A DNA stretch of 63,724 nucleotides, the filler included, from Desulfonatronovibrionaceae bacterium (GTDB taxonomy: Bacteria > Desulfobacterota > Desulfovibrionia > Desulfovibrionales > Desulfonatronovibrionaceae): the NCBI GenBank assembly GCA_046539845.1. It is 4 parts of 4 records of this genome, joined end to end, with 100 filler letters (N's around TTAATTAATTAA, not from the genome) between each part and the next. Parts side by side here need not be neighbours in the genome. Positions count along the whole stretch, not along the records: positions 33,855 to 50,465 come from JBKHGE010000044.1; 3 more parts are not named here. One strand, written 5' to 3'. Positions 39,630 to 50,565 of this stretch are shown piece after piece. The notes beneath the pieces were generated by a model. It had not been told where the DNA came from. It worked only from the letters and a program-made list of their open reading frames with translations, and ran no database searches. Numbering within the stretch: the first letter of the stretch is position 1; each line of letters starts with the position of its first letter. A program made the translations under genes and the position numbers.

Positions 39630-41528
39630 TTAACTTCGGTCCACAAGGGAGAGCACAGACTCCTTTATCCCCTGACTGCCGAGTTTGTATTTCCGGCGCA
39701 ATTCCTTCTGCTTGCCGTGCTCGACAAAACTGTCCCCGATTCCCACCCTTTTTATCCTCTGTCCGGAAAACGCCCCGGAGTCACAGACCAATTCCAAGAC
39801 CGCAGAAGAAAAACCGCCCTGCCTGGAGTTCTCCTCAACCAGGACTACATTCTCGTGCGCGGAAAAGATGTCCACTAGCTGTTTTTCCGGCAGGGGCTTT
39901 ACAAAGCGGGCATTGAACACGGTTACCCGCACCCCGGCCTCCTGGAGTTCCTGAGCTGCCTCCAGGGCCGGATACACCCGGCTTCCCAGGGCTATGACCG
40001 CCGCATCCCCGCCCGAGGACAAAAATTCGCCCTCGCCTACGGGAATCGGCTCCACCCGGTCCGTCAGGTCCGCGCCCGGGCCCACGCCGCGGGGATAGCG
40101 CACCGCACCGGGGCCGGGGAGATTGACCGCGGTAAGCATAAGCCTTTTGAGCTCGAACTCGTCCTTGGGGGCCATTAGGGTCATATTCGGGATATGGCGC
40201 AGAAAGGAAAGATCAAAGACCCCGTGATGCGTCGGGCCGTCCTCGCCCACCAGGCCGCCCCGGTCCAGACAAAATGTGACCGGCAGATTCTGCAAACATA
40301 CGTCATGGACGACCTGATCATAGGAGCGCTGCAGAAAAGTGGAATAAATAGCCAGAACCGGACGAAAGCCCTGAGTGGCCAGCCCGGCGGCAAAGGTGAC
40401 CGCATGCTGCTCGCAGATCCCGACATCAAAGAACCGCTCCGGGAATTTGTCCTCAAAGTTGGACAGGCCGGTACCCTCGGGCATGGCCGCGGTTATGGCC
40501 ACTATTCTCTCGTCCTTTTCAGCCAGTTCACAGAGGTAATCTCCGAATACTGCGGTATATGACGGGATCCCGGCCGCGGAGACCTTTTTGGACGCCCCGG
40601 TTTCCGGCTCGAAACCGCCCACGCCGTGGAAATAGGTAGGATTTTCCTCCGCCGGGGGATATCCCTTGCCCTTCTTGGTGGTCACATGGACCAGTACCGG
40701 TCCCTGCAGGTCCCGGACCTGATGGAAGACATCCACAAGGCTCTTAATATTGTGTCCATCAATCGGGCCCAGATAATTAAACTTAAAGGCCTCAAAAAGC
40801 ATGCCCGGGGTAAAAAAGCTCTTCAGCGATTCCTCGCTCCGCCGGGCATACTCGGCCAATTCGTTTCCGATCCGGGGGATCTGGCGCATCCAGGACTCGA
40901 TATCCTTTTTCAGCCTGACCACCCAGCGCGAAGAGAGCTTGCGGCTCAAGTACGAGGACAGGGCACCCACATTTTTGGAAATGGACATCTCATTGTCGTT
41001 TAAGACCACCACCAGGTCCCGGTCCAGGTCCCCGGCCTGGTTCAGGCCCTCGTAGGCCAGCCCGGCGGTCATAGACCCGTCCCCGATGACCGCAACCACC
41101 TTGTTATCTTTGCCCAGGATATCCCGGGCCACAGCCATGCCCAGACCGGCGGAGATGGATGTGCTGGAATGGCCGACGCCAAAGGTGTCAAACCTGCTCT
41201 CGCTCCTCCTGGGAAAACCGCTTATCCCGTCCAGCTGACGCAGGGTAAAAAACTCCTGCCTCCTTCCGGTCAAGATCTTGTACGCATAGGCCTGATGGCC
41301 GACATCCCAGATAATCCGGTCCGAGCCGGGATCAAACACCCGGAGCAAAGCCAGAGTCAGCTCCACGACCCCCAGGGACGGGGCCAGATGCCCGCCGTTG
41401 CGGGAGACAACGTCAATAATGAGCTCCCGGATCTCCCCGGCCAGCTCCTCCAATTCGCTTATCTCCAGACCGGCCAGATCGCCCGGGCTGTTAAGCCGGT
41501 CCAGAATTTTTTTCTCGCTTGCATTCAT
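39630..41528 (-). CDS. dxs: 1-deoxy-D-xylulose-5-phosphate synthase
   Basis: GGHLAPSLG, WDVGHQ, GDGSMT..LNDNEMSIS and DGPTHHG. Confidence 0.96.
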   Translation of the reverse strand: MNASEKKILDRLNSPGDLAGLEISELEELAGEIRELIIDVVSRNGGHLAPSLGVVELTLALLRVFDPGSDRIIWDVGHQAYAYKILTGRRQEFFTLRQLDGISGFPRRSESRFDTFGVGHSSTSISAGLGMAVARDILGKDNKVVAVIGDGSMTAGLAYEGLNQAGDLDRDLVVVLNDNEMSISKNVGALSSYLSRKLSSRWVVRLKKDIESWMRQIPRIGNELAEYARRSEESLKSFFTPGMLFEAFKFNYLGPIDGHNIKSLVDVFHQVRDLQGPVLVHVTTKKGKGYPPAEENPTYFHGVGGFEPETGASKKVSAAGIPSYTAVFGDYLCELAEKDERIVAITAAMPEGTGLSNFEDKFPERFFDVGICEQHAVTFAAGLATQGFRPVLAIYSTFLQRSYDQVVHDVCLQNLPVTFCLDRGGLVGEDGPTHHGVFDLSFLRHIPNMTLMAPKDEFELKRLMLTAVNLPGPGAVRYPRGVGPGADLTDRVEPIPVGEGEFLSSGGDAAVIALGSRVYPALEAAQELQEAGVRVTVFNARFVKPLPEKQLVDIFSAHENVVLVEENSRQGGFSSAVLELVCDSGAFSGQRIKRVGIGDSFVEHGKQKELRRKYKLGSQGIKESVLSLVDRS

Positions 41529-41889
41529 AAGGTGAAGACTCTAATCCCTGGCCGGGTCTTTTTCAAGGGGGAGGGTTGAGGGGGACCTTCCGGGGGGGGT
41601 TGCGGTCACATAAATAAAGGCTGCATTCAAGCCAGGCAAGCCGTCCTGACCCAGCCTGCTGCCTTTTGAAACTCAAAAAGGCGGCCGGCCAGATCCTTGG
41701 CCCAAAAAGGTTCGTGCCCAGCCGCTAAGCCGGCAGAGGAAATGATCCGGTCCACTGATAGCGATCTTTCGGTCTTGAGACTGCGGCTCAAAAGCATAGC
41801 CCGGCAAACAAGCCCCGCCGCCAGAAAAAGACCACTCCCGGCCCTTGCCCCCCCAGGGCCATGGCGGCAGACCTTGTTTTTCCCGCCTC

Positions 41890-44800
41890 CTAGGGCTGAG
41901 CAAAGATCTCTTTTTGTTTCTCCCAGGCCTTTTTCTGCTCCTCAAAATTGGAGAATCCGGCCTGGTGCAGGGCGTCTTCCACGGTATGGTTCCAGTCCCA
42001 ATTGGAATAGATGACCGGCTTGTGGAATTTCTCCCGGAAATTATTCAGCTCCTGGCGATAGAAATTCTCCTTGCCCGTGCCCAGGTTGGCATGCAGCTGA
42101 TCCTGCAGCCTGGCCAGCTCACCGTCGTACCATTCCTGCAGGTCAGCGGCCGAGGAATTCTTTTTCAGGATATGGCCATAGTTGTTCTCTTTTAAGAGCG
42201 TATGCAGCCGGTTCAAATGCTGCTTTCTGATCCATTCCCCCAGGTCCTTGAGGCCGATGTCCTCCTTTTCCACCTCGGCCACGTCGTATTTGGTCTGGGC
42301 ATAGGTATCCGGGACCACTGATGCGGAGACTATCCCCGCGATGCACACCAGACCGCGCAGTATCTTGCTGTTGGACACACCCTGGCCGCAGAACCCGACC
42401 TTTTTGCCGTATTTCTGGCCGGTGAAGATGGTCACCAATATGGCCCAAATCACGGCCGGGTCCTCCTCGTCATATATATGCCGGAGCATGGAGTTGTCCC
42501 GGTCCGTGCCCAAAACCAGCTGGGTCATGTCGTTGGAGCCGATGGAAAAGCCGTCGAACTCGCGGATGAAATCCTTGGCCAGGATGGCGTTGCTCGGGAT
42601 CTCGGACATGAGGATGATCTTCAGCCCGTCCTCCCCGGAACGCAGATTATGCACATTGGCCAGATAACTGCGCATGCTCCGGCCCTCCTCCAGGGTGCGG
42701 ACAAAGGGGAGCATAAGGTGCAGGTTGCTGCCCCCGAACGCACCCCGGGCCTGCTTGAAGGCGTCTATCTCCCAGTCGTGCACATCCCGGGCCACGCCCC
42801 GGTAGCCGAGCATGGGATTGTCCTCGTGTCCCTCAAAGAGCATCCCGCCCAAAAGATTGCGGTATTCGTTGGTCTTATAGTCGGTGGTCCGATAAATGAT
42901 GTCCTTGCCGTAAAAGGCCATGGCGAACAGGGCCAAGCCCTGGGCCAGAGTCTGGACATACAGCTCTTTGCCGCTCCTATAGCCCTTTACCCGCAGATTC
43001 TCCGCGATCTTGCCGGACAGCTCGCGCAGATCGTCCATGTCCCTTTTCAGGCCGACCTTCATGGCCACATCCTCGCGCAGATCCTCTATCTGGGCCAAAA
43101 GGTCCTTTACAAACGGATCGTCCTCTATCTCCCCGACCCGGCGCCGGATGCGGTCCTGAAGCTCCTGCTTGCGCTGCATCTCCTCCGGATCGTTGCCCAG
43201 GAGCATGAGCTCGTCCTGATAACCCATAATTATGGCTACATGCTCTTTTAGATCGGTGGAGGTCTTTAGCGTCTCCAGCTTCTTGGTGGCCATGTCCAGG
43301 TGCTCGTCCCATTTGTGCTCCAGCTCGCGCATCTGGCGGTGCACGGCCAGGACCTCATCCGTTCTCTTGGCCCCGGTCTGCTCGGTAAGGACCTGGGTCT
43401 GCTCGGCCAGACCGGTGACAATACCCACGTACTTGCGAAGCGGCAGGTCAAAGGAGATAATCCCGGCCGCGAGCTGATCCTTGACCACCTTGGCCAGATC
43501 CTGCTTGAGTTCAGTGAGCTTTTTCTGGACCACGCTGTCCAGGGTGCCGTTGTCATAGGCGTCCAGGGCCAGGGGATGCACGCCGATATTGCCCAGCATG
43601 AATTCAGCCCTGAGCAGGCCGACTTCAAAATCCGGGACCTCACGCAAACGGGATAAAAACAAGGCCTGACCCACGTCGGCCAGGATCAGACCCACCTTGG
43701 TCCGGGTGGCCGGGAGCTTGGATACGTCTATCTCCCCGCCCACTTCCTGCAGAGGCACCAGACCGCGGTACACCTGGCCCCGGGACCCGTCCACGGTCAC
43801 TTCCTGGCCGTCCAGGGCGCGCAGGACCTCCAGGCGTTTGATCCCGATGATCGCGGGTATGCCCAGCTCCCTGGAGGTAATTGCCGCGTGGCTGGTGTCC
43901 CCGCCCGCGTCCGCCATGATCGCGGAGGCGATGCGCATACCCGGGACCATATCCGGGTCGGTGCGTTCCGCAGCCAGGATATCACCCTTGTTTATCTTGT
44001 TCAGCTCCAGGGCGGAACGCAAAAAACGCACCGTGCCCTGTCCGGCCCCCCGGGAGGCCCCGTTGCCCTCGATGACCACCTCGGCCTCGCCCAGGGCCTC
44101 GGGGTCGGCCTCCATGCGCCGCATGTAAATGGTGTGCGGGTGTTTGGTCAGCTCCTCGTTCCACCTGGTCTCCGGCCGGGCCTGGACGAACCACAGCCGG
44201 TCCCATTTGTCGATGCAGAACTCGGTGTCCATTATCATCCCTTCGTAGGCCGCGCTTATGGCCCGCACCCCCTTGGCCACAGTCTCGGCCTGGGCCAAAG
44301 AAAGGGACCAGCGGCAGGCCAGCTCGTTCTCCACGGCCTCGACCACGGTCCCGGCCCCGGTCTTGTCGTAGACTATCTTTTTGTCCTTGTAGCCCATGTA
44401 CCGGATGACCACTTCCTCCCCGTCATCGCGCTGAAAGACATAGAATTTGTCCGGAGTGACCATCCCGCTGACCACTGCCTCACCCAGCCCGTAACTGGCG
44501 TCTATGGACACCAGGTCCCGGCGGTCGGTGCCGCGGCAGCCGGTGGCGGTGTCCGCGGAAAAGGCGGTCCCGGAGATGACCGGGTTGATCATGCGCATGA
44601 TGCACACCGAAAGGGAGGTATTCTCAATGGACCACTCCTTTTTGGCCCGGGTGGCAATGGAGTTGTCCCCGGTCCTTTCCGCCTTGTCCACCGCGTCCAG
44701 AATGGCCTCCCTGCGGTAGGTCATGCTCCGCAGGTTATACGCCGAGGCGCAGTCCCAGTGATAGGCCTCCACGGCCTGATCCTCGCCCACGATATTCAGA

Positions 44801-45465
44801 TAGGTATCCTGGAGACCGGCGAAGGCCTTTTTCCGGCTGTCTTCGCCTGCGGCCGAAGAGCGCACCGCCACCGGCACGTTCTCCCGGCCCGCCTCCTTGC
44901 AGATATTGGTATAGGCCTGGCGCACCGCCTGGCGCACTTCCTCAGGCAGGTCCACGGAGAGTATGGCCGTTTGGACCAAAAGGGATCGCTTGCGCAGTTG
45001 ATCTATGCCTTCGGGTGAGACCGCAAACCCTTCGACCACATTGTTTATAAAGGTACGCAGGGCCGTACGGCGCACGCCATCGTCCGGCTTCTCCCGGACC
45101 TTGGCCGCCACCTTGCGCACGAACTTCTTCAAAAAGTCCGGATCCCGGTTTATTTCCGAGTCCCCCCAGTCGATATTGTCGTATTCCTTCTCTACTGTGG
45201 ACCGGATCGCCGAGGCATGGACCTTGGTTTCGTCCAGGACCTTGTGAAAGGCCAAAGAGGAGATGGCCCGGAACTGCGGGGCCCGTATATTCTCAATCGT
45301 ACTGATGATCGCGGTGTTGTAGTTCTTGCCCCCGACCAGAAGCTCCGCTTCCTCGCCAATGTCCTTGATGTTCTGGCCGGTCAGGATAAGCTGCTTCTTC
45401 AGCTTGTCCATCTTCCCGGTCCCGCTCTTCGGACTACCTTTGCCTTTGCCTTGGGTTGCGGCCAT
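41890..45465 (-). CDS. ppsA: PEP synthase / pyruvate,water dikinase
   Basis: VGGK, AVRSSA, FAGLQDT, VQARPET, TSHAAITSRELG and SIGSNDMTQ. Confidence 0.92.
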   Translation of the reverse strand: MAATQGKGKGSPKSGTGKMDKLKKQLILTGQNIKDIGEEAELLVGGKNYNTAIISTIENIRAPQFRAISSLAFHKVLDETKVHASAIRSTVEKEYDNIDWGDSEINRDPDFLKKFVRKVAAKVREKPDDGVRRTALRTFINNVVEGFAVSPEGIDQLRKRSLLVQTAILSVDLPEEVRQAVRQAYTNICKEAGRENVPVAVRSSAAGEDSRKKAFAGLQDTYLNIVGEDQAVEAYHWDCASAYNLRSMTYRREAILDAVDKAERTGDNSIATRAKKEWSIENTSLSVCIMRMINPVISGTAFSADTATGCRGTDRRDLVSIDASYGLGEAVVSGMVTPDKFYVFQRDDGEEVVIRYMGYKDKKIVYDKTGAGTVVEAVENELACRWSLSLAQAETVAKGVRAISAAYEGMIMDTEFCIDKWDRLWFVQARPETRWNEELTKHPHTIYMRRMEADPEALGEAEVVIEGNGASRGAGQGTVRFLRSALELNKINKGDILAAERTDPDMVPGMRIASAIMADAGGDTSHAAITSRELGIPAIIGIKRLEVLRALDGQEVTVDGSRGQVYRGLVPLQEVGGEIDVSKLPATRTKVGLILADVGQALFLSRLREVPDFEVGLLRAEFMLGNIGVHPLALDAYDNGTLDSVVQKKLTELKQDLAKVVKDQLAAGIISFDLPLRKYVGIVTGLAEQTQVLTEQTGAKRTDEVLAVHRQMRELEHKWDEHLDMATKKLETLKTSTDLKEHVAIIMGYQDELMLLGNDPEEMQRKQELQDRIRRRVGEIEDDPFVKDLLAQIEDLREDVAMKVGLKRDMDDLRELSGKIAENLRVKGYRSGKELYVQTLAQGLALFAMAFYGKDIIYRTTDYKTNEYRNLLGGMLFEGHEDNPMLGYRGVARDVHDWEIDAFKQARGAFGGSNLHLMLPFVRTLEEGRSMRSYLANVHNLRSGEDGLKIILMSEIPSNAILAKDFIREFDGFSIGSNDMTQLVLGTDRDNSMLRHIYDEEDPAVIWAILVTIFTGQKYGKKVGFCGQGVSNSKILRGLVCIAGIVSASVVPDTYAQTKYDVAEVEKEDIGLKDLGEWIRKQHLNRLHTLLKENNYGHILKKNSSAADLQEWYDGELARLQDQLHANLGTGKENFYRQELNNFREKFHKPVIYSNWDWNHTVEDALHQAGFSNFEEQKKAWEKQKEIFAQP

Positions 45466-45724
45466 CTGTATCTCCTTTAAACAAATTCTTGATCACCGGG
45501 CCTTGCGCGGCCCGGGCGACTGGGAAACAATCTCCGGCTGCAAGGCCCTGACCTTGCAGCGCCCCGCTTCATACCGGCAAAATACCCGGCGGGTCCGGAC
45601 AGAATCGTGACCCGACCCTGCCGCACCCGCCTCCGCTCCCGCGTTGTTTATAATAATACAAATATATATAAAATAATATGTTAAGGCGATGAAAGTCAAC
45701 CAAAAACACCGCTCATCCCGGGAG

Positions 45725-48700
45725 CTAATCGGCTTCGCTCCCCTGGTGCATCCCGCACTGGGGGCAAAAGCGCATCTTTTCATTGTCCAGCTGGTATCCG
45801 CACTCCGGGCAGCTCCCGGCGGACGGGGCCAGGCTGATTATCAGCTCGCCCTCTTTTACCGGGACCATCCTGCGGTTGGCCTGATAGTCGGCGAACTTGT
45901 GCACCTCGCGGACCACTCCGTCCACAGGGGACAAGACCGCTTTTTCCTGCTTCATAACCGAGATATTGAATATCTCCTCGCCCTGGCGGACCGCGTCGCC
46001 GGGCTGGACGTGGACCACCCACAGATCACCGTTGCATGGAGAACCCACCTGATAAGGATCGCCGGGGTCGGCCATCCGGACCGAGCTGTCCGCGACCCCG
46101 GCTGGCTCAGCCACCTTGATCTGTTCGGTAAAGAACTCCGAGTCCAGCGCATAGCGGACCACAGAATTCCCGGAGGCGTCCGGGGCGGATATATCCATGA
46201 TATTCAGCTGATGCGGCTTGCCCGCGGTGTCCCGAAAGACCACTTCCTCTCCGGGCCGGGCCCCCTCGAACCAGACATGCACGGGCAGATTGTTCGGATC
46301 TCCGTATTTGCGCTTGAATTCAATGGTCTTCAGCGCGTCCCCGGGGTGATTCAGATACAGGACCAATTCCTCCCGGGTGGGGTCCCGGCCCAGGGATTCG
46401 GCCAGCTTGGCTTCCTCGGCCCGGATATCCATGTCTTTGAGCGTGGCCAGGGGGGAATTCTCGGTACGCAACGGGGCGATTTCCGAATAATCCTTACCGA
46501 ACGCGCTTTCATACACCCAGGCCGGGGGGAACCCCAGGGGCAGGCGGCCGAATTTGCCCAGCAAAAGATCGCGAAAGGCATCGTTGCTCTCGCGGTACAA
46601 GAGGAGGCGGTCCTTTTTGGTCTGCTCATCCAGCTCCTTTTCCGGGCGGCTGACCACCTCTTCCAAGACCTCCAGCAGGTGGCGCACCGCCTTTTCCCCG
46701 CCCTGCTTGTAGGCCCCGGTCACGGCCAGAAAGGCGGTATTCCAGGTTATCTGCGAGCCGGGGGTCACGTCGTGGTAGCGGACCACCTGTCTGGTCCCGG
46801 CCAAAAAGCGCAGCATATAGGGTAAAAGATGAATATATCCCTGCTGCATGGCCCCCTCCTGGGAGGAGGAGGTGGCCCCGCCGGGCATGCCGTGGTGGAC
46901 GACGTCATAGTCTATGCCCTGGAAATAGGGAGCGGCATAGCGGTCATAATAGGGCATGATCTGCTTTAAGACAAAATTACACTTGCGGATCATATCCTTG
47001 TTCACATTGGTCTTAAGCCCCCGCTCCTCCATGTATGCGGCCGTGGACAAAACCTCGCCCTGACCGTACCAGCGCACCGAGGCCCCGATGGCTGTGTCCA
47101 CGATATGCGCCCCGGCGGCTGCCGCTTCGACCACCGCGGGCACGAAAAGGCCGTCCGTATAATGGCGGTGGTAATGCAGGACCAATTCCGGATACCGGGA
47201 GCGGATGCTCAAGACCAGTTCGCGCATGAACTGCGGGGGGCAGACCCCGGCCATGTCTTTTAAGCCCAGGATAATCGACTTCTGCACCCCGGATTCAGAC
47301 AGACCCGAGGCCCCGGCACAGACCCGTATAATCTCCTCCACAGTCTCCAGGTAGTGCTTTACCGTGAACCCGGAGGCCCAGGACAAAGAGATGGCCGGTT
47401 CAAACACATTGGCCCGGCTGCTCAAAGCGACTTCTGCGAACGGACGCATGTTCTCGATATGATTTAGAAAATCAAAACAGCGGATCACGTGGTAGTGCTC
47501 GCAGATCATCTCCCCGGTCAAACGCATCAGGTTCTTGGGCTGGGGCTTATAGCCCAGAACATTCGTGGAACGGATAAGGATCTGCTTCATGGTCTTGGGC
47601 GCGAATTTGTTCCACTCCGCAGCCTCGGTAAACGGATAGGTCATATTGGCCAGCATGGCCACGTGGAAATGCGCCCCGCCCCCGTTTTCCAGGGAAAAGA
47701 ACCCGCACTCGTCCAGATAGGGACCAATGAGCCGGTCCTCGGCCAGCCGGAAGCGGTTCCCGCTGTTGGATTGGGTGATGTCCCTGGTGGTTGTGTCGGT
47801 CAAGTGCACGTAGTCGGAAGCGCGGATAAAATCGAGAAGCGCATCCCGGTCTCCGGCCGGATAATTGTTATGGAAGCGCTCCTGCTTTTCGATCCGGGGC
47901 AGGACAAACTCCACCGGGCCCAGTCTCTTGTCCTGATAGCCGCGGTACTCCCCGAGCTGTACATGCGGGTTGTATCCCTTGGCCGAGATCTCGGCGGTCA
48001 GCCTGGAGAGCCGCAGGGCCTCAGGCTCCTTTTCCCGGTAGATCATAAGCTCCGGGGTGTTGGCCACAAAATTGGTATCAAAATCCCCGCTACGGAACTT
48101 GGGATGGCGGACGATGCGCAGGTGAAAGGGGATGGTCGTCTTGACCCCGCCGATTATGTATTCCTGCAGGGCCCGCTCCATGACCCCGAGCACCTTGCGC
48201 CAGGTCCAGCCGTAGGTAATAAGCAGGGAGGCCGCGGAGTCGTACTGGGAAGGGAAATTGTATCCAGCGGCGATGCAGGAATCCACGCGCACTCCCTGGC
48301 CGCCCGGACTCTGATACCTGTTTATAAGCCCGGCATTGGGCGCAAACCTGTCCTGGGGGTCCTCACAGTTTATGCGCACCTGCATGGCATGGTTGCTCGG
48401 CCGGGTGTCCTTATCGTTGAAACGGAGCTCAGACCCGAAGGCTATGGCTATCTGTTCCTCCACCAGGTCCACGCCGTAGCGGGATTCGGTTATTCCGTGT
48501 TCCACCTGCAGCCTGGTGTTGACCTCGATAAGATAGGGCGAGCCGTCTTGGTCCACCAGAAACTCCACCGTGGCCAGGGAATAATACTTTGCGCTGCGGA
48601 TCAGTCTGCGCGCATATTCCTTTAAGCTCTCCCGCAGCTCTGCGGTCATTTTGAACCAAGGCGAGGGGGTGATCTCCACCAGCTTCTGGTGATTGCGCTG

Positions 48701-49426
48701 CACTGTGCAGTCCCGTTCGTCAAAGGCGAAAACATTGCCATGCATATCCGCGATGACCTGGATCTCTATATGCCGCACCGAGGTCAAAAGCTTTTCAATA
48801 TACAGCCGGGGATTGCCGAACGAGGCCCGGGCCAGAGAAGAGGCCTTGGAAAAGGCCTCGTCCATCTGCTCCGGACCAAAGACCTCGTATATCCCCCGGC
48901 CGCCACCGCCGCCTTCGGCCTTGAGCATAACCGGGTAGCCGACTTCCGAGGCGATGCGCTCCGCCTCGTGCTGCTCGACCGCCTTTTCCGAGCCGGGGAC
49001 AATGGGCACGCCCACTTCCTTAGCCAAATCACGGACCGCCACCTTGTTCCCGAGAAGGCGCATGGCATCCGCTTCCGGTCCAATAAAGACCAATCCGGCC
49101 TCCCGGCATTTCTCCGGGAAGGAAAAGTCCTCCGAGGCAAACCCCCAGCCGGGGTGCACGGCTATGACCCCCATCCTCTTGGCCCTGGATATGATCCGGT
49201 CCACATCCAGATAGGCCTGGGGGTCTTCTCCCAGAAGAAGGAGCTCCCGGGCCCCGGAAGTCACCGGAGCTGTCTTGTCCACGTCTGTGGCGGTCATTAC
49301 CGGAACGGCCCGGAAGACCTCATAAAAAGAGCGCACCAGCCGCCTGGCCGGGATGCCCCTGTTGGCCACCAGGATCTTCTGTCCCCGCAATTCCTCGACT
49401 ATCTGTTCAAAACCCTTGGCTTGCAT
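45725..49426 (-). CDS. pyc: Pyruvate carboxylase
   Basis: LVANRG, EVNTRLQVEH, DTTTRD, KDMAG and a VMKQE biotin site; C-terminal CxxC...CxxC. Confidence 0.95.
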   Translation of the reverse strand: MQAKGFEQIVEELRGQKILVANRGIPARRLVRSFYEVFRAVPVMTATDVDKTAPVTSGARELLLLGEDPQAYLDVDRIISRAKRMGVIAVHPGWGFASEDFSFPEKCREAGLVFIGPEADAMRLLGNKVAVRDLAKEVGVPIVPGSEKAVEQHEAERIASEVGYPVMLKAEGGGGGRGIYEVFGPEQMDEAFSKASSLARASFGNPRLYIEKLLTSVRHIEIQVIADMHGNVFAFDERDCTVQRNHQKLVEITPSPWFKMTAELRESLKEYARRLIRSAKYYSLATVEFLVDQDGSPYLIEVNTRLQVEHGITESRYGVDLVEEQIAIAFGSELRFNDKDTRPSNHAMQVRINCEDPQDRFAPNAGLINRYQSPGGQGVRVDSCIAAGYNFPSQYDSAASLLITYGWTWRKVLGVMERALQEYIIGGVKTTIPFHLRIVRHPKFRSGDFDTNFVANTPELMIYREKEPEALRLSRLTAEISAKGYNPHVQLGEYRGYQDKRLGPVEFVLPRIEKQERFHNNYPAGDRDALLDFIRASDYVHLTDTTTRDITQSNSGNRFRLAEDRLIGPYLDECGFFSLENGGGAHFHVAMLANMTYPFTEAAEWNKFAPKTMKQILIRSTNVLGYKPQPKNLMRLTGEMICEHYHVIRCFDFLNHIENMRPFAEVALSSRANVFEPAISLSWASGFTVKHYLETVEEIIRVCAGASGLSESGVQKSIILGLKDMAGVCPPQFMRELVLSIRSRYPELVLHYHRHYTDGLFVPAVVEAAAAGAHIVDTAIGASVRWYGQGEVLSTAAYMEERGLKTNVNKDMIRKCNFVLKQIMPYYDRYAAPYFQGIDYDVVHHGMPGGATSSSQEGAMQQGYIHLLPYMLRFLAGTRQVVRYHDVTPGSQITWNTAFLAVTGAYKQGGEKAVRHLLEVLEEVVSRPEKELDEQTKKDRLLLYRESNDAFRDLLLGKFGRLPLGFPPAWVYESAFGKDYSEIAPLRTENSPLATLKDMDIRAEEAKLAESLGRDPTREELVLYLNHPGDALKTIEFKRKYGDPNNLPVHVWFEGARPGEEVVFRDTAGKPHQLNIMDISAPDASGNSVVRYALDSEFFTEQIKVAEPAGVADSSVRMADPGDPYQVGSPCNGDLWVVHVQPGDAVRQGEEIFNISVMKQEKAVLSPVDGVVREVHKFADYQANRRMVPVKEGELIISLAPSAGSCPECGYQLDNEKMRFCPQCGMHQGSEAD

Positions 49427-49464
49427 AGTCAAAACCTGTTTTCATTAAAATTTATCCTTGCCGC

Positions 49465-50277
49465 TCAGTCCGCAGGGTCCGGAGATACGCTCCGGACCTC
49501 AACCAGAGTGCCCGAGGCCAGAGACCGCATCCCCTTGCTGGTATAGATGCAAATCTCCCCTTTGTCCGTGAGCCCCATGAGCCGGCCGCATATCTTTTGC
49601 GTATCGGTTTGCAGGCACACATATTCCCCTTTGAAGGCCATCACTTCCTCGAATTCAGGGACAACATCCACTGGATCGCTGGCAGCAATTTTTTGCTCAT
49701 ACCAGTTGCGCCCCTGATAGACAAGACAGGCCCACAGCCCGGAAATTGACCACTTCGGGAGCTCCGGACCCAGGCAAAAGGCCTTGCCCAGGGCGTTTGC
49801 ACGGAGCCCGGTCTCATCCGGGGGGGAGTGCAGGTTAATACCCGCCCCGACCATGCACCGGCCGCGTCTCTCCTCAACCAAAATCCCTCCGGCCTTGCCG
49901 CCGCGCCCCCAGAGGTCGTTGGGCCATTTGATCCGCACCCCGGCGCCCAGGCGGAAAAGGCCGCGGCAGAGCGCATAGCCCGCGGCCAGGGAAATCAGGT
50001 TTTCCCAGCCCGGCTTTGGGTCCGGCCAGAGCCAGGCCGCGTATATGTTTCCCGGAGGGGAATGCCAGACGCGGCGCATCCTGCCCCGGCCGCCGCTCTG
50101 GGACTCACACAGGACACTGTCCCAGGTCTGAAGCCCTCCCTGGTCCAGAAGGTCCCAGGCCAGATCCAGACAGGAACCGGCCCGGCCAAAGGAAAATATC
50201 CTTTCCCGGCCATCCTGGCCTGAGCCTAGCCCAAAACACCTCTGGGGAAGGACATCTTTTACGTAAACGGTATGCAT
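49465..50277 (-). CDS. birA: Biotin-protein ligase
   Basis: QSGGRGR..RVWHSP, KWPND and KAGGIL. Confidence 0.9.
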   Translation of the reverse strand: MHTVYVKDVLPQRCFGLGSGQDGRERIFSFGRAGSCLDLAWDLLDQGGLQTWDSVLCESQSGGRGRMRRVWHSPPGNIYAAWLWPDPKPGWENLISLAAGYALCRGLFRLGAGVRIKWPNDLWGRGGKAGGILVEERRGRCMVGAGINLHSPPDETGLRANALGKAFCLGPELPKWSISGLWACLVYQGRNWYEQKIAASDPVDVVPEFEEVMAFKGEYVCLQTDTQKICGRLMGLTDKGEICIYTSKGMRSLASGTLVEVRSVSPDPAD

Positions 50278-50411
50278 AACCCCGCAAATGCAGTTTGCAG
50301 CCCCTGGAAGCAGTTGAGGGGCTCAAAAACCTAAACAAGGCCGAAGGTGGAGACAAAAGCGGCCCTTATGTCCCGGGAAACAAAACAGATCCCCTCTGAC
50401 CACCTAAGCAC

Positions 50412-50465
50412 GTGACTGCTCCCGGCATTAAAATGCCAGGCATCTAGGCGGCGGAGGCCGCCAGC
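50412..50465 (-). mobile_element. Right end of an IS200/IS605-family element
   Basis: rc TAGATG-CCTGGCATT-TT-AATGCCGGG-AGCAGTCAC: a subterminal hairpin ending in TCAC, next to a gap. Confidence 0.65.
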
Positions 50466-50565
50466 NNNNNNNNNNNNNNNNNNNNNNNNNNNNNNNNNNN
50501 NNNNNNNNNTTAATTAATTAANNNNNNNNNNNNNNNNNNNNNNNNNNNNNNNNNNNNNNNNNNNN
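50466..50565. other. Assembly gap with artificial linker
   Basis: N run containing TTAATTAATTAA. Confidence 0.99.

Noticed and set aside
39617..39700. TPP riboswitch before thiC
   Set aside because: thiC starts 13 nt after the dxs stop, leaving no room for a leader.
45689..49546. Long plus-strand ORFs opposite pyc, and similar ORFs opposite ppsA, frdA and proB
   Set aside because: Antisense shadows of GC-rich genes with no recognisable motifs.
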